Positions 54,880 to 63,756 of a stretch of DNA of 64,000 nucleotides are shown in pieces. The translations under genes and the position numbers were made by a program. The stretch's first letter is position 1. Every line of letters starts with the position of its first letter. A model generated the notes under the pieces. That model was given only the letters and a program-made list of their open reading frames with translations, was not told the DNA's origin and did no database searches. Source of the DNA: a virus; the IMG/VR virus record IMGVR_UViG_3300044981_000350, positions 1 through 64,000 of that record; one strand, written 5' to 3'.

Positions 54880-55921
54880 TAGGCCAGATCCGCAGCTTCG
54901 CCCGCGCGGCCGCATCCTTCTTGTGCCCCCGTCGGTCATAGCGCACCGTCGTATCTGGGCTCGCGTGGCTCATGAGGCTCTGCACTGTCGCGAGGTCGGT
55001 GCCGGCGTCGAGGGCCCGCGTCGCGAACGTGCGGCGACAATCGTGGGGGGTGAACCGTTTGATCCCGATCTCTTCGGAGATCGTTTCGCAGAGGTACTCC
55101 AACGCACGGAAGTTGAGGGCCGCGCTCTTTGCCCGTACGCTACCGTCCGGCTGCACCCTCACGAGCAAAGCAGCCGTCGGCGCGTCGAGCTCCGCGCGTA
55201 CGGGGAGCCACGCATCGAGGCTCGGTTTCACGTCGGGGCCCACGGCAAGGATCGTCTCCCGGTTCCCCTTCCGCAGTAGCCGAAGCTCACTCGCCGATGG
55301 GTCGTACCCCTTCAACGTGAGTCGGCTCGCCTCCGTCGCGCGAAGGCCGGCGCCGATGAGAAGCGCAAAGGTTGCCTCGAGGAACGCCCCGTAAGCGCTT
55401 GCCGGCCAATCAATCGCCGAAGGCCCGTGCGCTTCGCAGTAGGCGAAGAGTTTCCCGATCTCCTCGTCGGAGAGGTCACGACCCGCCGGGAGGCGCGTAC
55501 CGTGAATCGGCTCAAGGTTGAGGGCGTTCCCGAGGTCGTTCCCCGACATGAGGCCGAGGCGGTTTGCTTGCCTAAGCACCCCACGGAGCGCGCAGAGGGT
55601 TACCCGCACCGTGTCGAGGCTGTAGTTCGCCCTCAGAAGGGCCGCGCGGATGGCGCTCGTCTCGGCGTACGTCATCCGATGCCACGGCACGGCGGGGGCG
55701 TCGCGCCCTAATAGGCGCCCGATGCGCGCCAAACCCTCCCGCATCGTCTGCGCAGCGCGCTCGGAGTCGCGAGAGGCAAGGTAGCTTTCGTACGCGCCGA
55801 CGCGCGCAAGCTTACTGTTGACCGTCGTAACGGCCGTTTGGGGGCCTAATGTACGGTCGGGCGCATCGAGGGCGGCGCCGACGAGGGCCAACGGCGCCGC
55901 GGGGGGCTCGGAGGCGCTCAT
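54863..55921 (-). CDS. int: Tyrosine recombinase/integrase
   Basis: GAGLRATE (R), RKGN (K), HDCRRT (HxxR), LMSH, TTVRY (Y). Confidence 0.92.
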   Translation of the reverse strand: MSASEPPAAPLALVGAALDAPDRTLGPQTAVTTVNSKLARVGAYESYLASRDSERAAQTMREGLARIGRLLGRDAPAVPWHRMTYAETSAIRAALLRANYSLDTVRVTLCALRGVLRQANRLGLMSGNDLGNALNLEPIHGTRLPAGRDLSDEEIGKLFAYCEAHGPSAIDWPASAYGAFLEATFALLIGAGLRATEASRLTLKGYDPSASELRLLRKGNRETILAVGPDVKPSLDAWLPVRAELDAPTAALLVRVQPDGSVRAKSAALNFRALEYLCETISEEIGIKRFTPHDCRRTFATRALDAGTDLATVQSLMSHASPDTTVRYDRRGHKKDAAARAKLRIWPTKPSV

Positions 55922-56159
55922 CGGTACCCCATGCGCCGCCACCACCCTTCGCGCCAACCGGTCCAACCCCGCGGGCGCCAACCGTCATCGCCATCTTGGC
56001 GCACGGGCATTTCATAGGTGCCGGCCGGGGCATGCCACGGCGGACCGACGGGCGTAGGCGCTTCCACGTTGAGGTGGATCGGGAAGTGCCCCGCGACCGG
56101 GGTACCATCGGTCATCCACATTCGGCCGTTGCCAGCGACCTGCAAGCGCTTGTAGCCGC

Positions 56160-56402
56160 TCACTTTGCAGCCCTCCGTGCGCACGTCGGGCACGTTGGGG
56201 GCCCGCTTTCAGCGAGGTCGCAGAGGCTTTCCAGCGGGATGCGCCCGCAAAGCACCCCGATCTCGTTGCCCCCGCAGTCGACGGCGACGGCGTGGGAGAG
56301 CATCGGGGCCCCGTCGAGGCGTCCACGCCCGCGGTAGGCCCCCGCCAGGACGTTGCGAACACCGACAGACGAAACGAGACCTATCCCCTTGATATTATTC
56401 AT
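56160..56402 (-). CDS. Small Zn-binding protein
   Basis: SH...LCG...TCPTC. Confidence 0.55.
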   Translation of the reverse strand: MNNIKGIGLVSSVGVRNVLAGAYRGRGRLDGAPMLSHAVAVDCGGNEIGVLCGRIPLESLCDLAESGPPTCPTCARRAAK

Positions 56403-56566
56403 GTTTTCGCCTATTCCGCTACCACTAGATGACGCTAATATCTCTTAGCCCGACTTAGCTTGTGGCCCGCGGGTGGCCTTGGCAAGGCCCGGCGGGCCAC
56501 CGGGAGGCCCCCCTAGAACGGCCCGGGGAAGGCGTTTGACGATACGGGGCGGGCCTGGGCCGGGGG

Positions 56567-57007
56567 TCACGTTCCGGGGTGGGCCTTGGGCGCGAGCGGG
56601 CAGGGCCCTCGGTGCTTGATGAACTTGGCCTTGCCGAACCCCCCTCCGAGGGCCTTTAGGAGGCACCTTTCGCAGGCTTTTCGATCGCGGCACTCCACTA
56701 GGGCAGCCGTAAGGCGTTCTTGCTGCGCGCGAGACCGTTCCGCAGCGTAGTCTCGGCGGAATTCTTCAAGATCGGCACGCCGTTTCTCTTCGGCCTTGCG
56801 CTCTTGCTCCGCCTTGAGGCCCGCCTCGGCCCGATCACGCGGGTAATCGAGCTCACCCCGTTCGTTGACACGCGCAGTGCAAGCGGGGTTCGGGCATCCG
56901 AGCTTGCCCGCGATAACCGCGGCCCAACAGAAGGGGCAGTTGTAAGAACCGTCGGGGTAGGTCTTGTCGGGCTCGCGTTCGCGGCCGAGGCAATCGCGGA
57001 TGATCAT
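56567..57007 (-). CDS. Zn-finger coiled-coil protein
   Basis: CPFC...CPNPAC, CERC...H..PC. Confidence 0.6.
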   Translation of the reverse strand: MIIRDCLGREREPDKTYPDGSYNCPFCWAAVIAGKLGCPNPACTARVNERGELDYPRDRAEAGLKAEQERKAEEKRRADLEEFRRDYAAERSRAQQERLTAALVECRDRKACERCLLKALGGGFGKAKFIKHRGPCPLAPKAHPGT

Positions 57008-57258
57008 GATCGAGGCTCATGCCGCACGGCGCGGTGTTGGGCGAGGCTTTTATGCAAGCGCCTCAAGTTGAGGATCGAAAGGTGCTCGTCGTTCATGTAG
57101 AACCTTTCTTCAGCGTCTTCGAGATTGTAGGCCCACGTGCACCACGTTTCCTCACCAAACCCCGGATCGGATCGATCGGTGTACGTGCCCACGTAACGGT
57201 AAAGGGGGCCGTACTTACCAACCTTCGTAACGAATGCGCGTTGCTTACTCATCTTCAT
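57004..57258 (-). CDS. Hypothetical early-type protein
   Basis: AAGGGAGA RBS directly after the promoter-like repeat. Confidence 0.6.
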   Translation of the reverse strand: MKMSKQRAFVTKVGKYGPLYRYVGTYTDRSDPGFGEETWCTWAYNLEDAEERFYMNDEHLSILNLRRLHKSLAQHRAVRHEPRS

Positions 57259-57264
57259 CTCTCC

Positions 57265-57531
57265 CTTGTGTATATAAGACGGCCGAACCGGCCCTTTCAT
57301 TCAGCCCTAATTGCATCTCGAAAGCGTCTCATCGGATGGTACCCAAAAACCAAGCCTCGACCCCCTGGGTTGAAACCAACCCACCCGGCGCCGGCCCTGG
57401 GTCAAACAAGACCCATGCCAAGGGGCTCAGGCTGGCTCGGGCCGGCCGGGGCGTCTCATAAGGGTCTCGCAAAAAAAAGAGGGGAGGGGGCTGAATGTTT
57501 TGACCGGTCCGACCGTCTTACTAGGTACAAG
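57265..57531. promoter_or_regulatory. Pair of inverted ~44-bp elements, probable divergent promoters/operators
   Basis: 57265-57307 reverse complement GGGCTGAATGAAAGGGCCGGTTCGGCCGTCTTATATACACAAG vs 57488-57531 GGGCTGAATGTTTTGACCGGTCCGACCGTCTTACTAGGTACAAG. Confidence 0.7.
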
Positions 57532-57550
57532 GAACGAAGGAGAGACGACG

Positions 57551-57880
57551 ATGAGCACGATGCGTTACAGCGGCGAGATTCGGATCCGAATCACCTACAT
57601 CGACGCGCCCCAGGGCGGCACTTGCGGTTACTACCGCTGCTTTCTCCGTGCCGTCGGTTTTCACCAAGGCGAAGGCCGGACGATTCAAGTCGGGGCCCCC
57701 GCGCACCTGACGAACGCGGTCGATTCGCCCGGGGCATTCGACGATGCAGCCCGTGCGGCCATCGCCTTCGCACAAGATGAAAACCCGGGGTGGGATGACC
57801 TCGCGGCCCACAACGAAGACGGCTACCACGTCGCGCGGAGCGCCAACGCCTTCCGCGGTCTCACCGCAAAAACGGCTTGA
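57551..57880 (+). CDS. Hypothetical early-type protein
   Basis: AAGGAGA RBS; AVDSPGAFDDAARAAIAF. Confidence 0.65.
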   Translation: MSTMRYSGEIRIRITYIDAPQGGTCGYYRCFLRAVGFHQGEGRTIQVGAPAHLTNAVDSPGAFDDAARAAIAFAQDENPGWDDLAAHNEDGYHVARSANAFRGLTAKTA

Positions 57881-58136
57881 ATGAAACGGCCCGCTGGGCC
57901 ATCTGACAGAATCAACCCTACCCCACGGAGGCACCCACCATGAAACCCGGCCCGTCGTAATGGCGGGCCCTGCGACAACCCAAAAGATGCGGCGAGGTCC
58001 GGTTCAGCCGGGGGATACCTCGCCCGTCGCAGCCGGCTCCCGATAGGGTCCGGCGGCCTCTCCCCCTTCGTCAGGATCGATCGGGAGCCGACTGCGACGC
58101 AAGAGCAACGATTCACCGAGTAAAAAAGGAACGACC

Positions 58137-58457
58137 ATGACTCAACCGACCAGCATCAAGATTGACAACGTGGAATACATCCGGGCCGATTCGGTCCAAC
58201 AGAAACCGAGCGGTAACCGCGCCGTGGTCGTCGTCGACCGCGGGTGGGTTTTCGCAGGCGACATCGAACGGGCCGACGGTCGCATCACCCTCACCCGCGC
58301 CGTGTGGGTCTTTCGATGGGAATCCGTCGGTTTCGACGGCGTACTCCGAGACCCCAAGTCGACCAAGGTCCAGATCCGGAAGTTGGAGGCGCCGGTGGAC
58401 CTCCCGGAGGCGAGCGAGATTTTCTGCGTTCCGGTCGCTGCCGATTGGGGGCTCTGA
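58137..58457 (+). CDS. Hypothetical phage protein (Sm-like pattern)
   Basis: IDNVEYIRAD, VVVVDRGWVFAG; AAGGA RBS. Confidence 0.7.
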   Translation: MTQPTSIKIDNVEYIRADSVQQKPSGNRAVVVVDRGWVFAGDIERADGRITLTRAVWVFRWESVGFDGVLRDPKSTKVQIRKLEAPVDLPEASEIFCVPVAADWGL

Positions 58458-58738
58458 TGGCTTCGGTGGTACGGCCGGTCGGCTACGGCAACGGCTACGG
58501 CTACGGCTACGGCAACGGCTACGGCGACGGCAACGGCTACGGCGACGGCAACGGCAACGGCTACGGCGACGGCGACGGCAACGGCGACGGCAACGGCAAC
58601 GGCTACGGCAACGGCTACGGCAACGGCTACGGCAACGGCAACGGCTACGGCTACGGCAACGGCAACGGCTACGGCTACGGCAACGGCGATGGCAACGGTA
58701 CGGTACGATGTACCCGCCCCGATCGCCGGAGACCGTAA
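58457..58738 (+). CDS. Gly-(Tyr/Asn/Asp) dipeptide-repeat protein
   Basis: TGATG overlap; GYGNGYGDG repeats. Confidence 0.6.
   Translation: MASVVRPVGYGNGYGYGYGNGYGDGNGYGDGNGNGYGDGDGNGDGNGNGYGNGYGNGYGNGNGYGYGNGNGYGYGNGDGNGTVRCTRPDRRRP
58481..58699. repeat. Hexamer tandem repeat GGC(T/A/G)AC
   Basis: Directly visible, about 36 units. Confidence 0.95.
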
Positions 58739-58814
58739 GGGAAGGTTTCGATCCTTCGAACCGGGGGCCGCCTCGGTTCGAGCGAACGACTCGAAAAAAC
58801 AAGGGGAAACGACC

Positions 58815-59210
58815 GTGGATTCAATCAAGCGACAATTCGAAGTGACAATCGTCCACCACGGCGCGCCGGCGCCGATCAAGCTGCCCGTTCTCCGCGACGA
58901 GAGTGAAGTAGCAGCACTCAAAGCGAGCTACGAAAACGTCATCGCCCGCGCGGTGGAAGTGCCTGGCGTCGACGCGGCAGTTGCCCCGGCCGAGACGGTT
59001 CCCGCGGGTTTCCGTCAGGCGCTGCGCGCACTCATTGCGTGCTACCGCAAGGCCGAGTCCGAAGGCAACACGCTCTTGTCGGCCCGCGCGCAGAATGCGG
59101 TGGCGGCGCTCTTGGGGCATCAACCGCAGTTGCGGGGTGACAACGGCGAAGCGTTCGGGGAGCCACGGCGAATGGCGACGTTGGTAGGGATGCCCGGGGG
59201 CAAGCGATGA
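58815..59210 (+). CDS. Hypothetical protein
   Basis: AAGGGGA RBS before GTG. Confidence 0.55.
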   Translation: MDSIKRQFEVTIVHHGAPAPIKLPVLRDESEVAALKASYENVIARAVEVPGVDAAVAPAETVPAGFRQALRALIACYRKAESEGNTLLSARAQNAVAALLGHQPQLRGDNGEAFGEPRRMATLVGMPGGKR

Positions 59211-59404
59211 CCTTCCCCAAAGCGCCTCCGCGCATCGCACTCCCGCCCCTCCGCCCCCCGCCCTACTCGGGCGCCTTCCCCGATCGCATCACCATTCCGA
59301 CGCCGACCGCGGCTTTCGAGCTCACGGTTCTCGCCCTCGGCGACGAGGATATCATCGCGGTCGACGACTCCGACGAGCGCATTACGTTGGTGCCCGAACG
59401 ATGA
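59207..59404 (+). CDS. Hypothetical Pro-rich protein
   Basis: ATGA overlap. Confidence 0.45.
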   Translation: MTFPKAPPRIALPPLRPPPYSGAFPDRITIPTPTAAFELTVLALGDEDIIAVDDSDERITLVPER

Positions 59405-59652
59405 TCGCGCTCCGCCTCACCGATCTCGAGATCATGATCGCGCGCCGGCTTCTCCGATCCATCCGCCACCTGACTTCGATCCGGCCCTCGCGCGCGTGCA
59501 TCCCGCCGCCCCGCCCCCCGCCGGCTTACTACTCGGCCGTCGTGATTCCGGCGAACATCCCCATGCGCGACATCGGATCCGCGCGCCAGGTACTCTCCAA
59601 CGATGCTGCGAAGACCGCAGCGGACACTGTCAAGCCGGAGTCGGGCCGATGA
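59401..59652 (+). CDS. Hypothetical protein
   Basis: ATGA overlap. Confidence 0.45.
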   Translation: MIALRLTDLEIMIARRLLRSIRHLTSIRPSRACIPPPRPPPAYYSAVVIPANIPMRDIGSARQVLSNDAAKTAADTVKPESGR

Positions 59653-59879
59653 GCCCGCGGAAACCGAGCCGGCCCCCGCCGCCCCCCGGTGAATTCATGG
59701 TGCGCATCATCACCGGCCCTGTCGACTTCCCCGAGGTCGTCGAGCGGCTCTGCGCCAACGAGCAAGATGGGTGGGGCGCGTTTTACGAACACTGCCGGAG
59801 CCGCGCCGATGTTCGACTGCTCCGCAACGGTGCGGTGGTCGCCCGCCGGTTCGCGGTTGTTGATCGGGTGCCTTCATGA
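59649..59879 (+). CDS. Hypothetical protein
   Basis: ATGA overlap. Confidence 0.45.
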   Translation: MSPRKPSRPPPPPGEFMVRIITGPVDFPEVVERLCANEQDGWGAFYEHCRSRADVRLLRNGAVVARRFAVVDRVPS

Positions 59880-60292
59880 GCATCCCGATTCCCCCGGGCC
59901 CCTTCCCCAGTCGACCCAAGCGCACCTTCGAGATTCGCCTCGGTGATTCCGTCGGGGTAACACTCGGAAGCATCCAGGCCGACACCTACCTCCAAGCGGC
60001 GGGCTACGCCTCACGCCAACTCTTCGGAGGCTCCGGCAATGTGATGCGCGCTACGGGTTGGGGGGACGCCCCAGGGACCTTCCTTGACACGGAGGTGGGG
60101 CGGCCCCCGGTGCTGTTCTTCATCGCCGAGCCCGGAGTGACGGCGCAACACCCACTTGGTCACTTCCGAAACGCGGATGACGCTGGGCTCGGGCCTGCCC
60201 CTGCTCTCGTCGGCACCAACCCACATCACGTTACCGGCACGCTCAAACACATACCGCAACCGAAACCCCAACCGAAACGCAAGCGCCGATGA
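59876..60292 (+). CDS. Hypothetical protein sharing a domain with the 60962 gene
   Basis: TFEIR..DS.GV.L.S..AD...R.TGWG...GT. Confidence 0.6.
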   Translation: MSIPIPPGPFPSRPKRTFEIRLGDSVGVTLGSIQADTYLQAAGYASRQLFGGSGNVMRATGWGDAPGTFLDTEVGRPPVLFFIAEPGVTAQHPLGHFRNADDAGLGPAPALVGTNPHHVTGTLKHIPQPKPQPKRKRR

Positions 60293-60495
60293 GTCCTCCC
60301 CATTCCCTTCCCGATTCCACCAGGTTGCTCGCTGCGGCCCTCGACAGCCTCGAAAACACGACCAGCTATTGCTCCGCCGGCAAGAGCGCGCACGGCCCGA
60401 TCCTCGTCGAAGGCGCGGTGTGGTGCTACAAGTGCGGGGCGATTCGAATGCCGGGCGAGGAAACCTGGACCCAACCCAAGTCGGTGAAACGATGA
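60289..60495 (+). CDS. Small Zn-finger protein
   Basis: WCYKCGAIR. Confidence 0.55.
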   Translation: MSPPHSLPDSTRLLAAALDSLENTTSYCSAGKSAHGPILVEGAVWCYKCGAIRMPGEETWTQPKSVKR

Positions 60496-60965
60496 GCGCC
60501 TATAACGTCTACGCTGGCGAAGCCCAGCACGGCCCGCGCCGCTTCCGGCCTCGCGGCTCTCTGAAGTGCTACCACGAAGGGGCCCAAGAGAACCCTACGA
60601 CCCGCCTCGGCGGGGGCGGTTACTCAGCGCGGATCTTCGTTGGCCTGAACGTCGGCCAGCGCAAGGCTTACAGCGTCGATGACGTCGTGAAGATCGTGTG
60701 GGGGGTGCGCAAGCGCCAGGGCCGCTCCGGGGATGCATCCATATTAGCCCAACGCGGTATCTACGAAGACCGCGGGGGCAAGCGCGTCGTCGAGCAGTCA
60801 GTGCAGATCATCATCATCGACTTTTCTGGCGCGACCAAGAAGGGGTTTATCGCCGAGATGATCGAGCTCGCCGAGGCGCTCCAGAAGCGCATGAAGCAAG
60901 AGACGGTCATCTTGGAGATCCAGAATAAAGGGAGAGTCGTCGATGTCTTCAGTATCGCGGAGTGA
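60492..60965 (+). CDS. DUF3574/SAM-lyase-like small alpha/beta protein with an ENP leader
   Basis: IFVGLN...RGIY...EQSVQI...LAEALQKRMKQETVIL pattern; AQENP at about aa 31-35. Confidence 0.5.
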   Translation: MSAYNVYAGEAQHGPRRFRPRGSLKCYHEGAQENPTTRLGGGGYSARIFVGLNVGQRKAYSVDDVVKIVWGVRKRQGRSGDASILAQRGIYEDRGGKRVVEQSVQIIIIDFSGATKKGFIAEMIELAEALQKRMKQETVILEIQNKGRVVDVFSIAE

Positions 60966-61513
60966 ACATGCCTCGTAAGTATCATCCCACCGAGTACCGC
61001 GACTACTTCGGCCGCGAGATCAAGCCCTGCACAACATGTGGGGCCCCTTCGTCCTTCCACGGAGCGACGGAGTGCACCAACTGCCACGAGGTCGAGAGGC
61101 GCTTCGCGCAGTACATCGACGGGGGCCCGAGGGCGGTCAAATTCATCACGGATGCCCTCGCCGCGGCCGGGTGGGTCGGTAAAGCAAAGGCGGCACACCC
61201 CGCGACCGCGTGCGCGTTAGGCGCGGTGGATGTCGTCGAAGATGCCGCCCGAACGACGGCGGGGAAAAAAGTGAGCACCTTCGAGATCCGCGAGGTCGAT
61301 TCCCTCGGGGTCCTTCTCAAGAGCGTCGAGGCCGACAACGCCTTTCGCGCGATTGAGCTCGCGTTTCCCGGCAAGGAATTTCACCGGGAGACGGGGTGGG
61401 GCGGCGGAAGCGGTACGTGGAAAGTCAAAGGGAAAGCTGCGCATGTGTGGGTCGGCCCCGCGGTTGCGGCCCCGACGAAGCCGAAGGCCAAACCGAAAGC
61501 CAAGGTCAAGTGA
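60962..61513 (+). CDS. Two-domain hypothetical protein (Zn finger plus TGWG domain)
   Basis: CTTCG...CTNCHEVE; TFEIRE...RETGWG. Confidence 0.6.
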   Translation: MNMPRKYHPTEYRDYFGREIKPCTTCGAPSSFHGATECTNCHEVERRFAQYIDGGPRAVKFITDALAAAGWVGKAKAAHPATACALGAVDVVEDAARTTAGKKVSTFEIREVDSLGVLLKSVEADNAFRAIELAFPGKEFHRETGWGGGSGTWKVKGKAAHVWVGPAVAAPTKPKAKPKAKVK

Positions 61514-61764
61514 GGTGGGTCCAAACACCAGCCGGCGACAAGTGCCACGCGGTTCTCACCCGCCACAGCGGCAAGACGCTTTGCGGGTTGCCACTCGAGG
61601 GGGCCGTGATCGCGAAGGCTCCGGGGTTCGATAACCGGTGCGGTAACTGCGACGCTGAATGGCGCGAGCGCGGGCGGCACCAGAGAAAGAAGACGCGGCC
61701 GGTTTCACGAAAGGAAGAATACCGACCGCGGTTCACGTTCAAAGATTGGGAGAACCTGGCATGA
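61510..61764 (+). CDS. Small Zn-binding protein
   Basis: CH...TLCG...CGNC. Confidence 0.55.
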   Translation: MRWVQTPAGDKCHAVLTRHSGKTLCGLPLEGAVIAKAPGFDNRCGNCDAEWRERGRHQRKKTRPVSRKEEYRPRFTFKDWENLA

Positions 61765-61985
61765 AAAAAGCCATACTCAAAGTACCTCTCTCCGGACTCG
61801 ACTTCCCGGTCGGTTACAGCTTCGATATTATCGACGAAAAGACCGACCCGATAACGCTCCGGACGACGGTAGGGGATCTTACAACGTCGTTTAGGGCCCT
61901 CTCTTTTTGCTTCGACATCGTCGATGACCACCCGATGATTTGCCGCTGCGGTATCCACCGCGCTGATTGCGATTACCATCGATGA
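61761..61985 (+). CDS. Hypothetical protein
   Basis: CRCGIHRADCDYH; ATGA overlap. Confidence 0.5.
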   Translation: MKKAILKVPLSGLDFPVGYSFDIIDEKTDPITLRTTVGDLTTSFRALSFCFDIVDDHPMICRCGIHRADCDYHR

Positions 61986-62182
61986 CCGTCTTAGCGCTGA
62001 CCGTTTCGTGCGGCACCTGCGGCGAGCAGACGATGTCCGACACGAAAAAGTGCGACAACTGTCGCGAGGTCGAAACGCGGCTCGCGCAATACCTCTTCGA
62101 AGGCGGCGCAACCGCGCGCACGTTCGTGTGGGCAGAGCTCGTCAAAGCCGAAGAGAAGGCCGAGGAAAGGGCCAACCGATGA
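61982..62182 (+). CDS. Zn-finger protein paralogous to the N-terminus of the 60962 gene
   Basis: CGTCG...CDNCREVETRLAQY. Confidence 0.55.
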   Translation: MTVLALTVSCGTCGEQTMSDTKKCDNCREVETRLAQYLFEGGATARTFVWAELVKAEEKAEERANR

Positions 62183-63756
62183 TTGAGATCCGCCGTCTCG
62201 GCCCCAACGGTCTCTTGGGCATCCTCTCCACCAGCTTTTCGCCCGTGCTCCGCGACGAGTGCAAGCGCACACCGGGGATGGTGTGGAACCCCGAAACGGT
62301 GATCTGGGAGGGCTACACCGACGCCGTTGCGCTGGTGGCCGCCCGCGCGCGTGAGCGAGGTCTCATCATCAAAGATCCGGCGAAGTTCCCCCTCACCGCG
62401 ACGGTTCTTCCCGTCGCCACGAAGGACCTCCGTGAGTACCAGATCGAAGGGGTCAACTTCATCCTCAACAAGGCCCGCGAGGGGTGTCTCCTCGGTGACA
62501 CGGTCGGGCTAGGCAAAACGGCCCAAGCCATTCGTGCCGCGCGCGCCATCAAGCAAAACACCCTCATCGTCTGCCCCTCGTTCGTGCGGGGCGTATGGGT
62601 CGACGAGTTGAAGAAGTGGTGGCCCGACGCGGACGCGCCCAACCTTCCTTCCGGGGTGAAAGTACCGGAGGGAAGCCTCGGTAACACCGGATGCGTCACG
62701 GTCATCCACTACGACATCCTCTATGCGTGGGTGCCCGAGCTTCTCAAGTGGGGCGTGAAGTTCCTAGTGTTGGATGAGGCCCAATACTGCCAAGGGTCCG
62801 CCTCTCGACGCACCAAGGCTTGCGCCGCGGTTGCCGCCCAAGCTTCATGGAGGGTTGGCCTCACCGGCACCCCGATGGCGAACCGCCCAGCCGACTTGTG
62901 GGCCGTCGTCGAGACGCTCTCCCCCGGCCGCTTCGGGAAGTTCTTTTCGTTCGGGCTGAGACATTGCAACGGCCGCAAAGAGCAAGTGACGCCGGAGAAG
63001 GCGGTGTGGAAATTCGACGGGGCGAGCCGCTTGGAGGAGCTCAATACCCGGTTGAAAAGCTTCATGCTCCGCCGGACCCGCGCCGATGTTGCCTTGCAGC
63101 TCCCGAGTCGCCAGCGCCAGATTCTGTCTCTCGAGGTGCCCCGGGCGAAATACACGCCCCAGATGATCGGATCCCACACCGCCCTCCGCAAGGCGCTCGA
63201 GGGCGCCAGCGACGCCAAGATCCCCGCCGTGATCGATCTCGTCGTCGGCCATCTCGAGGCCGGCCACAAGGTGGTCGTCGGAAGCCACCGGAAGGCGCTC
63301 GCGCATATGATCCACGATGGGGTGCGGCAGAAGATGCCGGTTCGATCGGAAGTGGTGACGGGCGAGATCCCGACGGCGAAGCGGCATGCGATCATCAAGA
63401 GTCAGCCCGAATTGATCTGTTGCACCTTCGATGCCACGCAGGTCGGGATCGATTTGAGCTTCGCCAGCGTCGGGGTCGTGGCCGAATTCGACTACCGGCC
63501 GAGTGTGTTGGCGCAGTGGGAGGGCCGATTCGGGCGGTTCGCCGGGCGTAATATTTTGATCCAGTATTGCAACGCCCGAGGGACCATCGACGACTTGATC
63601 CGGAAGGCGGTCATCACCAAGTTGGACACGCTCGAGAACGCGGTGGGCAAGGCCGATGTCGCGATGAGGGCCGACCTCGAAGCCATCGACGGGGCGAGCG
63701 GGTTAGATCGGTTGAAGGCCCTCGCGGAGAGCCTCATGAGTGGGGACGACGAATGA
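62179..63756 (+). CDS. SNF2-family helicase/translocase
   Basis: LREYQIEG, DTVGLGKT, LDEAQ, LTGTP, MLRR, VGIDL, QWEGRFGR. Confidence 0.9.
   Translation: MIEIRRLGPNGLLGILSTSFSPVLRDECKRTPGMVWNPETVIWEGYTDAVALVAARARERGLIIKDPAKFPLTATVLPVATKDLREYQIEGVNFILNKAREGCLLGDTVGLGKTAQAIRAARAIKQNTLIVCPSFVRGVWVDELKKWWPDADAPNLPSGVKVPEGSLGNTGCVTVIHYDILYAWVPELLKWGVKFLVLDEAQYCQGSASRRTKACAAVAAQASWRVGLTGTPMANRPADLWAVVETLSPGRFGKFFSFGLRHCNGRKEQVTPEKAVWKFDGASRLEELNTRLKSFMLRRTRADVALQLPSRQRQILSLEVPRAKYTPQMIGSHTALRKALEGASDAKIPAVIDLVVGHLEAGHKVVVGSHRKALAHMIHDGVRQKMPVRSEVVTGEIPTAKRHAIIKSQPELICCTFDATQVGIDLSFASVGVVAEFDYRPSVLAQWEGRFGRFAGRNILIQYCNARGTIDDLIRKAVITKLDTLENAVGKADVAMRADLEAIDGASGLDRLKALAESLMSGDDE

Noticed and set aside
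58740-58781. GAAGG-TTTCGAT-CCTTC T-arm-like hairpin and an adjacent stem
   Set aside because: No acceptor or anticodon arms can be built; treated as a simple hairpin.
58113-58921. Poly-(AV), poly-(CR/SR) and poly-(RQ/RL) ORFs over the hexamer repeat
   Set aside because: Alternative frames of a stop-free microsatellite; only the GY/GN frame has a coupled start.
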